The notes under the pieces were generated by a model, which had not been told where the DNA came from, made no database searches, and was given only the letters and a program-made list of their open reading frames with translations. 64,000 bases of DNA from Hormiphora californensis (lineage: Eukaryota; Animalia; Ctenophora): NCBI GenBank assembly GCA_020137815.1, contig CM035359.1:6200001-6264000 (forward strand), written 5' to 3'. The position numbers and the translations under genes are program-made. Shown piece by piece: positions 24,840 to 44,300 of this stretch; the first letter of the stretch is position 1, and the number at the start of each line of letters is the position of its first letter.

Positions 24840-26846
24840 CTCAGCATTATATCAGTACTATAGAATCATTCGATCAAAGTATACACACCACTCTCAAGCA
24901 TACTAATAATATCAGTATCTTAAATTTGAATCTAGACGCACTAGTAAAAACACGGAGCAGTAGTCAGAACAATGAGTTTTCTGACCGTGACAATGTCGAT
25001 CTGATCACAATCTCGCGAGACTAAACAGGGGTGCAGACAACGAATAAGGGCGAGGGTATAATGGCCAAACAATAAACTGTCTCATACTGCAGCAGTACGT
25101 CACAATGGAGTTACAATATCATTCTTATCTAAGACAAATTGATAACACAGGGTGCCCCCCTGTACCAAGAAAGGGGAGGGGTGTGATGATGTAATTCTGG
25201 GTGCTATGACGTCACCCTGGGTGCTATTACGTCACCAAGTGTATCACCATGGTGATATCATCAGAATTCAGAGCATCAAAGTAGTCAGCAAGGATACTGA
25301 TTGGCAACCCAAAAGGTCGATGATAATCAATACTGCAATGCTACAAGTGACTGCAAAATATTTCTTCAAAAAGCACGCCAACACACATCTGCTGCTACAG
25401 ATCAATAGATCGTCCAGTGTTTCCTTCACACAAAGCTACACACAGATCACGATCCATGTTCCCTACATGTGTGTTATTTGATAGGCCCGCCACCTGTGCC
25501 ATGAGTTAACCCAGTTAGTGAGGGAGAGAGAGACGTTGTAACCTGATCCAAACACCACCAATCAGAACTTCTCGTTGAGATCACGTGATAAAATGCAGCC
25601 CTCTGATTGGCTGGTCAAAGCTCACTGGCAGCTAATCAGGAACCTGGATTTGGAGCACTTGACAACAACAGCCAATAAGAAGACTTGAATCTGATCACGT
25701 GACGGTGGTTAGCCAATGGGAAGGCTGCATTTTGGCCACATGAAAGATAGCGGGTTTGAATGCTGAGAATGGGATGGGTAATTGGGTGTGAAGGATTCAG
25801 GGGGGACCGCACTGGACCAGGAATAGAAATGATGGACCCGAGTTATTTTACCAGCACTGTAAAATGACTCCAGACTCATTTATTTACCGCGTTGGATATG
25901 ATACTACTGGTAAAAACAGGACTGAGGAGTGAGGACGCAATATGGCTTTAGGAAAGTAAATGAGAGTTTGAAATCTCTACCACTCATTCCGGAATGAACC
26001 AAAAATTAAGGAGTTTAATCGATTTGGAATCATTCTGCCAACGGAATTATAGAATCGGGGTAAATAAATTATAGAATCGGGGTCTTAAATCGTAGAGGGA
26101 AAGACTATGGTAGATCTCGAATGACAAATGAATAACGGTATTTCTAAAAAATTTTAAAAAACCCCCCTTAAAAGGAAAAGGGGGTTTTCTGTTGAAAATT
26201 TTTAAAATAAAAAAAATTAAAAAAGAAAAAAATTTTTAAGTTTGAAAAAAGAAAAAATTTATAAGCTTAAAAGGAAGTTTTTTTGAAAACGGAAAGGGGA
26301 CGGTGGGTAAAAAAAAAAGAAACAAAAAATTAAAAAGGCGGCCGGGGGAAAAGGGGTTTGGCCCAATTGCGGAATCCCCCCCCCCCGGAAAAACATTTCG
26401 GGGGTTTAAACCCTGGAAATGGTGGGTCTGACATGACTTTCTTTCTCCCCCCTAGGATCCACGGGGGGTTTTTTGGGGGTTTTTAAAAAGAAAAAATATT
26501 ACCCCACATAAGTTTCCCCTTTTCAAGAAAATGATTTTAAGCAGTTTTTAAAAAAAAAAGGGGGGGGGGAAAAAAACGGGGAAAAACCCTTCTTTTTTTT
26601 TCTTCTTTTCAATCCCCTTTTTTTCCCCCCCCCTTTTTAATAAAAAATTTCCGGGGGCCCCGGGAAATTATTTTTTCCCCCAAAAAAGGGGGTGGGGGGG
26701 GAGAAAAAGGGGGGGAAAAAAACCCCAGAATTTTGGAAAAAAAGGGGTAATTTTTTGGGGGGCCCTGCCCCCTTTGGGTCCCCGGGGGGGGGTCTTAAAA
26801 TTTAAAAGGGGGATGGTTCTCCTGGGGGTTCCCCCATAAAATACCT

Positions 26847-26903
<57 letters not shown>

Positions 26904-26906
26904 AAA

Positions 26907-26976
<70 letters not shown>

Positions 26977-28364
26977 TTTTTTTTTTTTTTTTTTCCCCCC
27001 CCCCCCCCCCCCGGGGGCGGGATTGTAAAAAACCCCCTCCCGTTTTAAGGCCCCCCCCAAAATTTTTAAAGGGGGGGGGGGGGGGGGGGGGAGAGGGGGG
27101 AAAGGGGGGAGAGAGGGAACCCCTGGTATGAAATAACGTGAAAAAGGGCTCAACCATTTAATGGGTTCGGGCATGGTAAATTCAAGCTTGGAAGAAAACA
27201 ATTAGAATTTTGCAAAGAGCGAAAACTCCAAAACCCCATCTCTTATCTCTTTACTCCTTACTCCCCCTTTTATCTCTATCTCTCTCCTCTTCCTTTACTT
27301 TCTTTTCTCTAAACCCTTCCTCCCTTCCCAAAACTTGTACAATCCCTATTTTTTTCATTTTAAAAAAAAAATTTAAAAAAAAATGCATAAAAATTTTTTG
27401 GGGGGGGGGGCCCCCCCGGGGGGGGGGGGGGGGGGGAGGAGAAAGGGGAGGGGGGGAAATTTTTCCTCCTTTTTTCAGTATAGGTTCCCATAATCCCCGG
27501 GGGGGGCCAGTCCAGCAGTAAGAGAACCCATAATGACCAAGTTCAAAGTTCAAACCCGGGACGCAGTGAGAGAAAGTCAAACACGAACTTTAATAAAAAG
27601 GGAAACAAGACAAAATTTAAAAGTTTCAAACATGAAGTTGACAGAATACAGAACTAAATCTAACAGGGATCTCACTAAGAGGACCATTTTTGACACACAA
27701 AGTGTCACCGATCGCGAGTGTGCTGCTGAGTGTGGGACAGTTAAAAAACTTTTAACTTCCATTAGGGGGCAGAGGGGGCTCACAAGAGAGAGGAGAGAGA
27801 GAGAGGAGGGAAAACGGGAAGAAAGACAGGGGTAAAAAGAGAGGGGGAGAGAGGGGAAATGAAAAAGAAATATCAAAAAAGGGGGCAAAAGGTAGACCGC
27901 TGGGTGCCAAAATGATAATCTACTGCACTAATCACACTAAACCCCCCGGTACCAGTGTGACACTGGTTCATTGCCCTCAGTAACATCCACCAAATCGAGA
28001 GAGAACTGTCTGGCGCCGCAAGACAGACACAAAAAAGGTTCAGAGAACAGAGAATTTAAAATAAACTAGGATGAGAGTAATTGTTGGAGCGCTAACACAG
28101 TCCAAGGTAAACATCTCATTGTGCGTACATTGACGCCCCTCTCTGAATACATCGGTTTTATAAACTTGATTGGTCACCACCCACCCTCTCTCTATTTATG
28201 TCTCTCTCTCTCTCTCTCTCTCTTCAACTCTCTCACTAACTATTTCTCAGTGAGTCTCTCTAAGATGGCTTCTCCCTCTTTATCTCTCATAGACCATTTT
28301 AATAGTGTTTATGTTGGACCTGCTAAACATCATAAACAGCTTCACCTTAGCAAAATTTATTGAG

Positions 28365-28815
28365 CCACTTTCCATCTCAAACCACTCTCCATCTCAAACC
28401 ACTCTCCATCTCAAACCACTCTCCATCTCAAACCACTCTCCATCTCAAACCACTCTCCATCACAAACCACTGTCCATCTCAAACCACGCTCCATCTCAAA
28501 CCACTCTCCATCTCAAACCACTCTCCATCTCAAACCACGATCCATCTCAAACCACTCTCCATCTCAAACCACTGTCCATCTCAAACCACTCTCCATCTCA
28601 AACCACTCTCCATCTCAAACCACTCTCCGTCTCAAACCACTCTCCATCTCAAACCACTCTCCATCTCAAATCACTCTCCATCTCAAACCACTTTCCATCT
28701 CAAACCACTTTCCATCTCAAACCACTCCCAATCCCAAACCACTTTCCATCTAAAACCACTCTCCATCTAAAACCACACTCCATCTCAAACCACTCTCCAT
28801 CTCAAACCACTCTCC
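28365..28815. repeat. 17-bp minisatellite (CCACTCTCCATCTCAAA)n
   Basis: About 26 copies; explains the HLKPLSISNHSPSQTT ORFs. Confidence 0.95.
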
Positions 28816-29016
28816 TCTTCTTCTCGAGATCTCAACAATTCAGAATATGGGTGTTGTCTTTTCCTTTTTCCCCAAATTGGGGGTATTGTAAATTAAAAGA
28901 AAAATGAAAAATTTGGGCCCCCCCAACAGAGAGAGAGAGAGCGAGCAAAAGGAGAGAGAGAGATGACGGATGGACAAAGGTAAAAGTAAAACATGGTTCC
29001 AATCATTGCTGAGACA

Positions 29017-29052
<36 letters not shown>

Positions 29053-29415
29053 CTCTGAGTGAGTGTGAACTTTGGAGTAATCAAGAGAATGAGTCTGGGA
29101 GAGAAGAAAAGAAAAGAGAGTGCACAAAGTCCAGAAAGAGATTGAGAGATAGAAAATAGACTCTGAGGAGAGTTACCCACCCTGTATGAGAGCTCTAAAG
29201 ATGATTGAGTTTGAATATTCAAACCCATTTTCAGAACCACATTATCAAGCTCATCATCAAAGAGTGGGTCCTGCTAAAGAGGGAGGGGACTGGAGAGGGA
29301 ACGGGCTTGGTGGATGAGAGAGAGAAGTGGAGGGAGAGATAGAAGAGAGAGAGAAGAGAAGGAGAGAGAGGAGAGAGAGAGCGAGAGAGAGGAGAGAGAG
29401 AGCGAGGAGAGGCGA

Positions 29416-29461
<46 letters not shown>

Positions 29462-30426
29462 AGAGAGAGAGAGTGAGAGAGGAGGATACTTTTCAAAACA
29501 TATAATCATGATCATTCCCCCACATATATTTTGTACAAGAAGTGATGATATCACTTCTCAAGCAGAGAACGGTTACAAAGTCCCGGTCTATGTTTGCAAA
29601 AAGGGGACCCCTCCCTAGATGACTCATCGCCCAGATCATGGCCATTAAAAACTAGACTAACCACATGTAATTTTAGACTAACCACATGGGCCAAAATAGG
29701 TGAAGTTCTGTAACATTAGAAAACGTTGGGTGGTAAATTCAGAGGATAAACAGACCACAGCAGCTACTACTAGTGGTACATTAAAAAGATGGAAAGAACT
29801 CTCGATAGGACGACATACTCCTCCCTCCGTAATACGTTTCCGCTCCGCAGGAACGCACAAAAAACCGTGTCTACAGTTTTGCAGTCACGTGAACTTCATA
29901 GCGGCCTCTCATTGGTCTGTTCTGATCATATGATATCAATGCTGCGTTGTGATTGGTGGAGGAATTGTAACAAGGATGTAAGCGATTACCCTATCAACTC
30001 AAAGGGGCGATCATTAGCAATAGATCTTAGTTCTTAGAGAGAGTAGTAAACAGACCTGTTACTACGTCTCGTTCCAGCAGAACATTAATACATATCATGG
30101 TAGTATTAGGATATCATCTTGGACTGATTTCACCGTGGACACCATGAGGCCTCTTGCAACAGGAATAACAAATAAAATTAGAGAAATTCACCAATAATGG
30201 AGATGATTCTTGACATAGCACGAAGCACTGAACAGTGGGCACTAAAGTTCCACTAGAACTGAAAACTGAGAGACAATTGTCATGAACACTGTGCCACAAT
30301 TCACGAAAACCACACACTACTGAATGAGTGAACTGCAGAGTGCAGACTACACGTACACGTGGGTGGCTGAGGGAACAACCCGAAAATGGCACGGAACAAG
30401 TGTCTATACACGTGGGGTTTCTCTCT

Positions 30427-30519
<93 letters not shown>

Positions 30520-30599
30520 GCTGATGATGATTAGTGTCACAGAAAGACCATATCCTGGTGGAGAGAGAGAGAGAGAGAGACATGGTAGTTATGAGAGAA

Positions 30600-30667
<68 letters not shown>

Positions 30668-31868
30668 GAGAGAGAGAGTGAGAGAGTAAGAGAGAGTAAG
30701 AGAGAGCGAAAGAGATGGAGATTACTTTCTGAAGATAGAAGACACTAGACAGGCTCTCATGGGAGCGAGACAAATGGCTCCAATCATGCTGCGAACGCGG
30801 TAGTCGACAGAGGAAGATCGTTCAATTAACAGAGAGTATAAAATCCTAACCGTAGACCTCACTATGAAAAGTAATAGGAATATTATTCAGGGATGAAGAA
30901 TACAAGAACAAATGTTAACTAAATACTTGTAAAGCATGCTGCTTGGATTCCTTGAAGTTAAAGTCTATATGAGGTCCCTATTCCTTTGTAAATTCTAAGG
31001 AAAGCCTAGACTTTTGACATCCATAACGGATAACCAGCATAAGTATGCACAATGCACATATTTTAAATATAACAGGGTGTGTAGTACACTGCACACTGTG
31101 TACACTGTTCAGAATGTACACACAGAGATAACGAGGAACCAAACTGAGTGTGAAAACGAGAATGATCGACGCGCGAGAAAGAGGGAGGGGCACCCCCATT
31201 TCCCGCCGTTTCTGCTGTCCATGGCTTGACTGCGCGCACGCGCATACTCTCTCAGTCCAATGTCATCGCGCGTTACAGCACACCAGAATCTGCTGGAACA
31301 CTGCTGTAGCTTCCATCTGCCAGTAGATGCAAATTTGGTGCGTAACTTAGTGAGGGAGAGAGATAATTTGGTGCGTACGCAGCTGCTACTGGGAGATAAT
31401 TAAGGGCACAAAAGAAGCACACGTCTCTCTTCCGGGCTACAAGAAATTGTGAGAATAATACATGGGGGAATTAAACGAATCGATATCGTGCACGTCAGCT
31501 TTCTCTTGCACAAAACAGACACTTTTCTCTATATCTCTCTTTTCTCTCAATCAACAATACCCCTCTTTTCAATTCGTTCTGTTTCCCGGAGTTGGTCATA
31601 TCTTATCTCTAATTATAGTAACATCTAATCTCTAACCGTAAAATAAACTTATAATCTGATGCAACAGGCACAAAAGGATACAAATGAATCATGATAGTCT
31701 TCACAAGTAATAACATTTAGTTCCTTACAACCTTTCCTTGCTCGACCCTCTTATACAAAATACATATTATAAATTTTATTAAAAATAAAAAGGGGTTGAA
31801 CAACAAAAACTGTCCCTGGGCACAAGAACACAACTAAGATCCCAACAGCAGCTCCATCCAAAGTCACC

Positions 31869-32625
31869 TCAGCCGGTTGGGTCCAATTCAGGCATCTCCT
31901 CTCCAGGTGTCGGTGTCTTGGTGCAGCCCTTTACAACCCTAGTGATAATGGCCGCAATAAATGGGAATGAAGAGACTCCAGCAATACCAAACGTTTCCAA
32001 GTCCACATCAGCATACTCAAGTCCGATCACTGAAAATGGAACAATTTTCACATTGAATTCAGACATATAATCAGTGTTCAGATATGTATAATCAGTGTTA
32101 TATTATTTAGCCCATGGAAACTGTGTTTTCATCACCATACGAAATTTATAGATCTTTTGGGATTCCAGTGACTTACATAATGCTATACTGAAAATTAGAG
32201 CCCCAGCGAGGATAGCAAAATCTACTCCATTCTTCTTCCAAAAGTTATCCCATCTTGTGTAGGTGTAGTCCACTTTCACACCTTAAAAAAGGATCCGAAT
32301 TGGAAATATTTCAATCATTAAATATTAGGGTGTACCGACAAAATCGATCAGCTATTCTACCTTATTGGGTAAGGCAAATAATTTTCATGCCTGATCCGAA
32401 TTAATATGTTCTGTGACATCTGAGTGACATTATCTCACTCAGAAATGGACTGCCCCTATACTATAATTCTTACCTATCTGATAGCAGATTGCAGACCTCT
32501 CTTCATCGCTAAACTTGCCCTCGTAAAGAAATTCAGAAAGGGTCAATTCAGGGCGATTTAGACAAATTCGGTACAACCTCTGTTCAGTGTCTGCCTTACA
32601 GATGTCCGTATTGTCTTGAAAAAAC
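31869..32625 (-). CDS. Three terminal coding exons of an unknown protein with two C-terminal hydrophobic segments; possibly the 3' end of the ankyrin gene
   Basis: Phase-compatible exons FFQDNTDICK...AICYQI / GVKVDYTYTRWDNFWKKNGVDFAILAGALIFSIAL / LIGLEYADVDLETFGIAGVSSFPFIAAIITRVVKG...DPTG*. No in-frame start nearby, so upstream exons are required. Confidence 0.55.
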
Positions 32626-32777
32626 CTGAAAACGAGTTAAATACCCGTTAAATATAATTTAAAATGACAAACTTACTAGGGTGTTTGTGTGTGTAGATTG
32701 GTAGATTGCCGGGTCCGGCAGTTAATAAGATGCAAGCCCTAATTAATCGTTCCTCTACTCTGCCTTACCAGCTATAC

Positions 32778-32830
<53 letters not shown>

Positions 32831-33873
32831 GTTCCAATTTGACCCAGTTTAACACTCATCAACAGGTAATCATACACACTCTCTCTTGTTAACGTCGTGC
32901 AACTCTCTACTAATCGATTACTAAAGTACTTATTACATCCGGTGTTGCAGGTGGAGTGTGTGTTAAATAGCAGACTTTAGAACCGTTTAGAATAGGGTGC
33001 GACATACGTGAAATATGTTCCTTATCTATACTTCATGTCAAACCGTACCTATTGAGTTTAACATCACACTCCGAATTGAACCCGTGACGGAGTAATAGAG
33101 TGTTGAACCCCCGGAAATAGTTGTCACCGGTTTTCTCTTGGTAACTTGGGAGCAACGGACTCACATCTGGGGGAGGTATATTGTTAGATGATGTTCATTG
33201 TTCACAAAGGGCTTATAAAATCAAGATCAGGTATAATCAGTACCACCACCTAGAAGGATGGTAAAGTCCGAAAAACGTTGAATGTTGATGAGTAGTTGTC
33301 ACGAAGGCACGGCTACCCATTTTACCCAAAGTTACTATTGCACTATATTTTACAATCTCCATCCGTCTCTTGGTCTTTGGTCTATTGGATACAATAGACC
33401 AATTGGAACACCCTAGGACATTTATTGGAGAAATTTGCCTCGCGACCGGTGACAGAGAGGCCATATTGACATAGTAACTTTTTTAGTAAAATCGATCAAG
33501 TGCCTGAAAAATAGCACCCTATGTTTGACCCCTAAAACTCAATTTATCGACTATCCACAGTTGTAGGGAGTAACTTTGGACCAATTGGAGCAAGCTAGAC
33601 TGAAAAAGTGAAAGAAATTGATTGGAAAAAGTGCTAGCAATGAGATTGCTGCATTGTCAAACTTTTCGACCTGGGAGTTACACTTAGTGGCACTTGCAGG
33701 CTCGTGCACTAAAGTACAAGAATCTGCCTCGACCTGTGGTCTCGGATCATTATTGTTGCACTTATAACACTCGACCTTCGGTCTGGTGTTATAAGTTTTC
33801 AGGTACAACTTATAGGCATAATATAATCCTACAATACAGAACCGGGAGAGTGCATCATTATTGGTGATGTACG

Positions 33874-40005
<6,132 letters not shown>

Positions 40006-40915
40006 CTGGAAATGAGAACATTGGTTTTAAAACATTTTGTGAGCGACTCTGGTGAGTTTTACTATAAATCGGACTTGTTGAGTGAGGGTTTTAGTATCGT
40101 TCGTCTGCCAACACTACAATATGCGTGTCTAAAGATTTAAAAGAAGAAGTTTCAGTTTGAAAGTAAACGTAAAATTTGAACAACAAAATAATAAAAGCAT
40201 CTTCAGGAAGGACACAATGTAACTTCAAACTAGGAAAGCAATTTTGTCTCATTACTCGTTCGTTACTTTCGTTTCAATTTTGCTTGTCTTAGACACCAAA
40301 AATGGCTATTTTCCTCAATAAAATGCAACTCAAATCTGTTTCTAGTTCTCATTTCCATCACACATGACCTCCCAGTTACCACTGAACTGTCTCTCGAGCC
40401 TGGCCTGGTCTCATTACTAAATTACAGCTACATTTTTGTCCAATATAACCCCCCGCCCCACCCCCGCCCACCCTCCCCCACCCACCTCTCCCAATATAGC
40501 GGACATTGCAAAACACCACACTACAGAGACAATCCTTGTGTTTTGGTGCACTAAGTCGCTTATCGCGTGTAACAACTAACAAATGTTCTTATCTATCTCA
40601 TCCGAATTGTCTTCTAGAACATTTTACACTCTACACTGCTACAATCTGCCCAACCCCTTGTTTGTGTTTGATCGTCTTCGTTTTCGTTTATCTTTATCAC
40701 AATTGGAAATGTTTACACCTCTCATATCATCACCAACAACATCACGGTACCAATCATCCATCGAGGTTGTAAGTTCACCTGTCCGTATTGTTTGTTAATT
40801 TATTGTGTACAGTTGATATTGTAAATGTAATTGATTATTCAATAATTAAGAGTAAGACAAGACATAGCTTGAGATTGTGCCCCAGACAGACCAACATACG
40901 ATAAATGTCAAACCA

Positions 40916-41125
40916 GACCAAGACCCTCTCAAAGGCAAAACGTTACCTACTCGACCAAGACCCTCTCAAAGGCAAAACGTTACCTATTTTCAAGACCAAG
41001 AACCTCTCAAAGGCAAAATGTTACCTACCCGACCAAGACCCTCTCAAAGGCAAAACGTTACCTATTTTAAAGACCAAGACCCTCTCAAAGGCAAAACGTT
41101 ACCTAACGGACCAATATCCTCTCAA
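40916..41125. repeat. About 39-41-bp tandem repeat
   Basis: GACCAAGACCCTCTCAAAGGCAAAACGTTACCTA, 5 copies, downstream of the GPCR stop codon. Confidence 0.9.
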
Positions 41126-41336
41126 ATGTTCCAGAAATTTAAACCATGAGTCTCTTTCTCTCCCAGGGGAGAGAAAGGGACTCAGCGCCATAGTTACCAC
41201 ATACCCGGGTTGGTATGGAGGTTTGCTGAGCGTATCCCATGGTTTAGTGACAAACAAACAAACAAACAAGCAATTTTGTCTCTTAGAACATGAAGAAAGA
41301 AAAAAAACATACCATTGAGCTTACATAGCTTAGAGT

Positions 41337-44300
41337 CTAATCTTCAATTTTATATATTACAGGGGTGACATCAGCAGCATCTTCAGGAGGGACATCAGCA
41401 GCATCTTCAGCAGGGACATCAGGAGGGAGATCGGGAAAATCTTCAGCAGCATCTTCAGGGGGGAGATCGGGAAAATCTTCAGGAGCGAAATCAGGAGCAT
41501 CTTCATAAGCATCATTAGAAACATCTTCAGGAGGATCTTCAGGAGCGATATTAGGCGCAACATCACGAGCGCCATCAGCATTTTGGACACGTTTAAAGTA
41601 GTTCCAAATCGTTGTTACTACACCACTGTACAAAACGGGATTCAGTACAGAATTGAGGGGGAGAATGTTAAGGGAGAAGATCTGGTACCACGGTGACATA
41701 TCCACAACCTCAGCTGTGTGGAGGACGCAGCAGATCAGGAAGGGCATCCAGCAGCAAAAGTCAGTTAGGCAGATCAAAGAGACATTGCAATTGAGCGAGT
41801 TGTCGGACGTCCTGGTACTTTGGATATGCGATCTTCTAACGAGTACTGCAATCATCCCATGGCATATCGCTACACATAAAAAACAGAGAAAATGGAAGGT
41901 GAGGTATGCCCATACGAAAAGAACTTGTGGGTCATCTGAAAGGACAAATGCCTTAAACATACACACTGGGTCGTTACCGTAGAAAGACAGCCTTTTGCCC
42001 ATTACCGGATCATAATCCTGGGAAAACATCTCAGAAATCATTACTTGATATGTGTTCCAAGACACAGTGTTGCCGGACCGACTTCGTCTGGTTTCGTGGC
42101 TTCCATGGTAACCCCGAACAATCTTCAGCAGTTGACTTTTATCCATCACTCCAAGAAATAGTGTAAAGCCTCTTTCAAAAACTAGTCCATTGACAAACCA
42201 TTCATTGAAAGTATCGAACAATGGAAAAGTAGATACTGCTAGAGATATCAATGTGACTACTGCAAGAAGTACACCTAATTGTTTCTTTAGCTTCAGAGTA
42301 ACCTTCTTTGAACGGCGGTATCGAAGGGCCATTACTGTACCATGGAGTCGGAAGCAGCTTACGAAAGCCATCACAAGGGAAGAAATAGATGACCCAACGC
42401 TATTCAAAATCCCAATAATGGTACAAGGGGCTCCACTAATCCATTCAATTTGATACTCACAGAACCCGGAACCGTGGATCCAGTGGATTGTAGTTAGGGT
42501 AAGGAGATAAACAGATGTCAGTAGATCTCCCAACGAAATCATCAGGACCATGGCTTGATTGATTAATTCGCCACTCTTTTCCGACTTCTGTTTGATGTTC
42601 CGAATAAGTCCCCCAACTCCAAAAACGAATCCTGTAGTTCCCATGACAAAGGCAACTCCCAAAATTGCATCAGCGCTAACGGCTTTCCTCCTACAACTCT
42701 CATTACATTCATCAGAGAAGTCTTTGCAGTCAATCTTTCCATCACACTTCTGACTCAAAGCCAAGAACCCAGACTTATCAGAACACTGGAAGTTGTTCAT
42801 ACATTCCTCCTCATCGGACCCGTCTCCACAGTCATCGACAAGATCACACACCTTCTCAAACAGGACGCAGTATGTGTTTTTACAAACAAAAAAGTTGTTT
42901 TGGAACCGTTCGCGAGACTTTTGTACAATGGTAATTGAGCCAAGCTCGAAGTTGAGAGAATAAAAGGTGTTTCTGAGGTTGCTACAAGTGTTATGAAGGA
43001 CCGGTCTTTTCAAGGGACACGGTATGTTGTAACAAAGACCTAAACAGCTGTAAAACACATATGCTTCACCGTACAGGTACCTACAATCACGTTCCGTAGT
43101 TGGAAATACTAACTTGGTTGTAAAGTTTTTACCAAAGAACAGATGAAAGGGATGATGGAACGTTTTAGATTGACAAGTTTGGTCTGTTAGAAAAAGGATA
43201 GACTGAAGGCCTTTTGTACAAACTGAACTCCTGAGTTTTATTCCTACTGATAGGCTGCTGCTTAGCATCTTTTTGGATATCTGTGGCCTGCTTTTAGCCA
43301 TGCGGCACACTTCTTCGTCACAGTTTGAGGGAAAGGAACATAAAAGGGTGGCTTCTAAAAATTGTCCTATGTTATTTTTGCAGAGGAAGACATTGGTACA
43401 TTTATTAGTCGAGTATCTAATTGTCCTCCTGATGCCTTTGCCGCACGTTTGCCAGTTAGCCTTTTCATCTATCCCGTCAAGGCAGTCTACCTCTCCATCC
43501 TGGACCCAGTCCACTGGAATCCTAAGAAGACCCTGATTTTGGCTAAAACTACGAACACACGATCGTTGGGTGAGCCTAAGACACGTCGCCTTCTGCTCAT
43601 CCGCACCCATAGCACAGTCATCTTGCCCATTGCATAACTGATGCTTATGAATGGTGCAATACCGGTTAATCGTTGGACACTTTTTGTGCATATCATCATC
43701 ACATAACATTGAATTCTCCCAACAGAGAACATAAATGGAAACTGTAGAGAGATATCCGCCGATAAGGCACGAACCGGCAATCTTAGCTGGATCCGAACAG
43801 TTTGTCTGGTCTAAACCGTCATAACAATAAGATACGCCACCATACAGCCCATTATCAAACACATTTTTAACTGAGCGTGTTAAAGGAATGAAGCAACGTG
43901 ATGCGTTATGAAGCGGAAAATCAGTACAAGTGTTATTCCTTGTTCTGTACAGTTCAAGTAAATCGTTGAAGGGAGTAAAGACATAAACATCTTTTTGCTT
44001 AGCCACAGCCCCATAATTATATCCGTCGCAAGAACTTTCATCGATACATTTCAACATAGATGCTTCCATGTTTCCCTCCAGCTCCACTTCATCACAACGA
44101 CCGTCACACAATCCTCCTTCTTGAATGAAGATTGTAAAAATCTCGCCCTCAACGGTGGAGATGGTTTTTCTAAGTCGAGCATCACTAAAATCATGAGCAC
44201 CGGGACATGTTTGAAATGATGTGTGAAAACCGTACATATCCTTTTCATGTTCGTAACACAACTTCCCACACACGGGGGCCGTTTGGTAGAGTGTCGGATT

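Noticed and set aside
25150-25500. Possible Cys-containing exon on the minus strand
   Set aside because: Stops appear in the frames I checked, with no consistent splice partners or recognisable motif.
26140-27520. Gly/Pro/Lys-rich ORFs and long poly-C/poly-G tracts
   Set aside because: Homopolymer-inflated, low-quality consensus; the same signature appears at 1-240 and in parts of 18-22.6 kb.
28305-28907. 200-aa and 136-aa repeat ORFs
   Set aside because: Translations of a 17-bp minisatellite.
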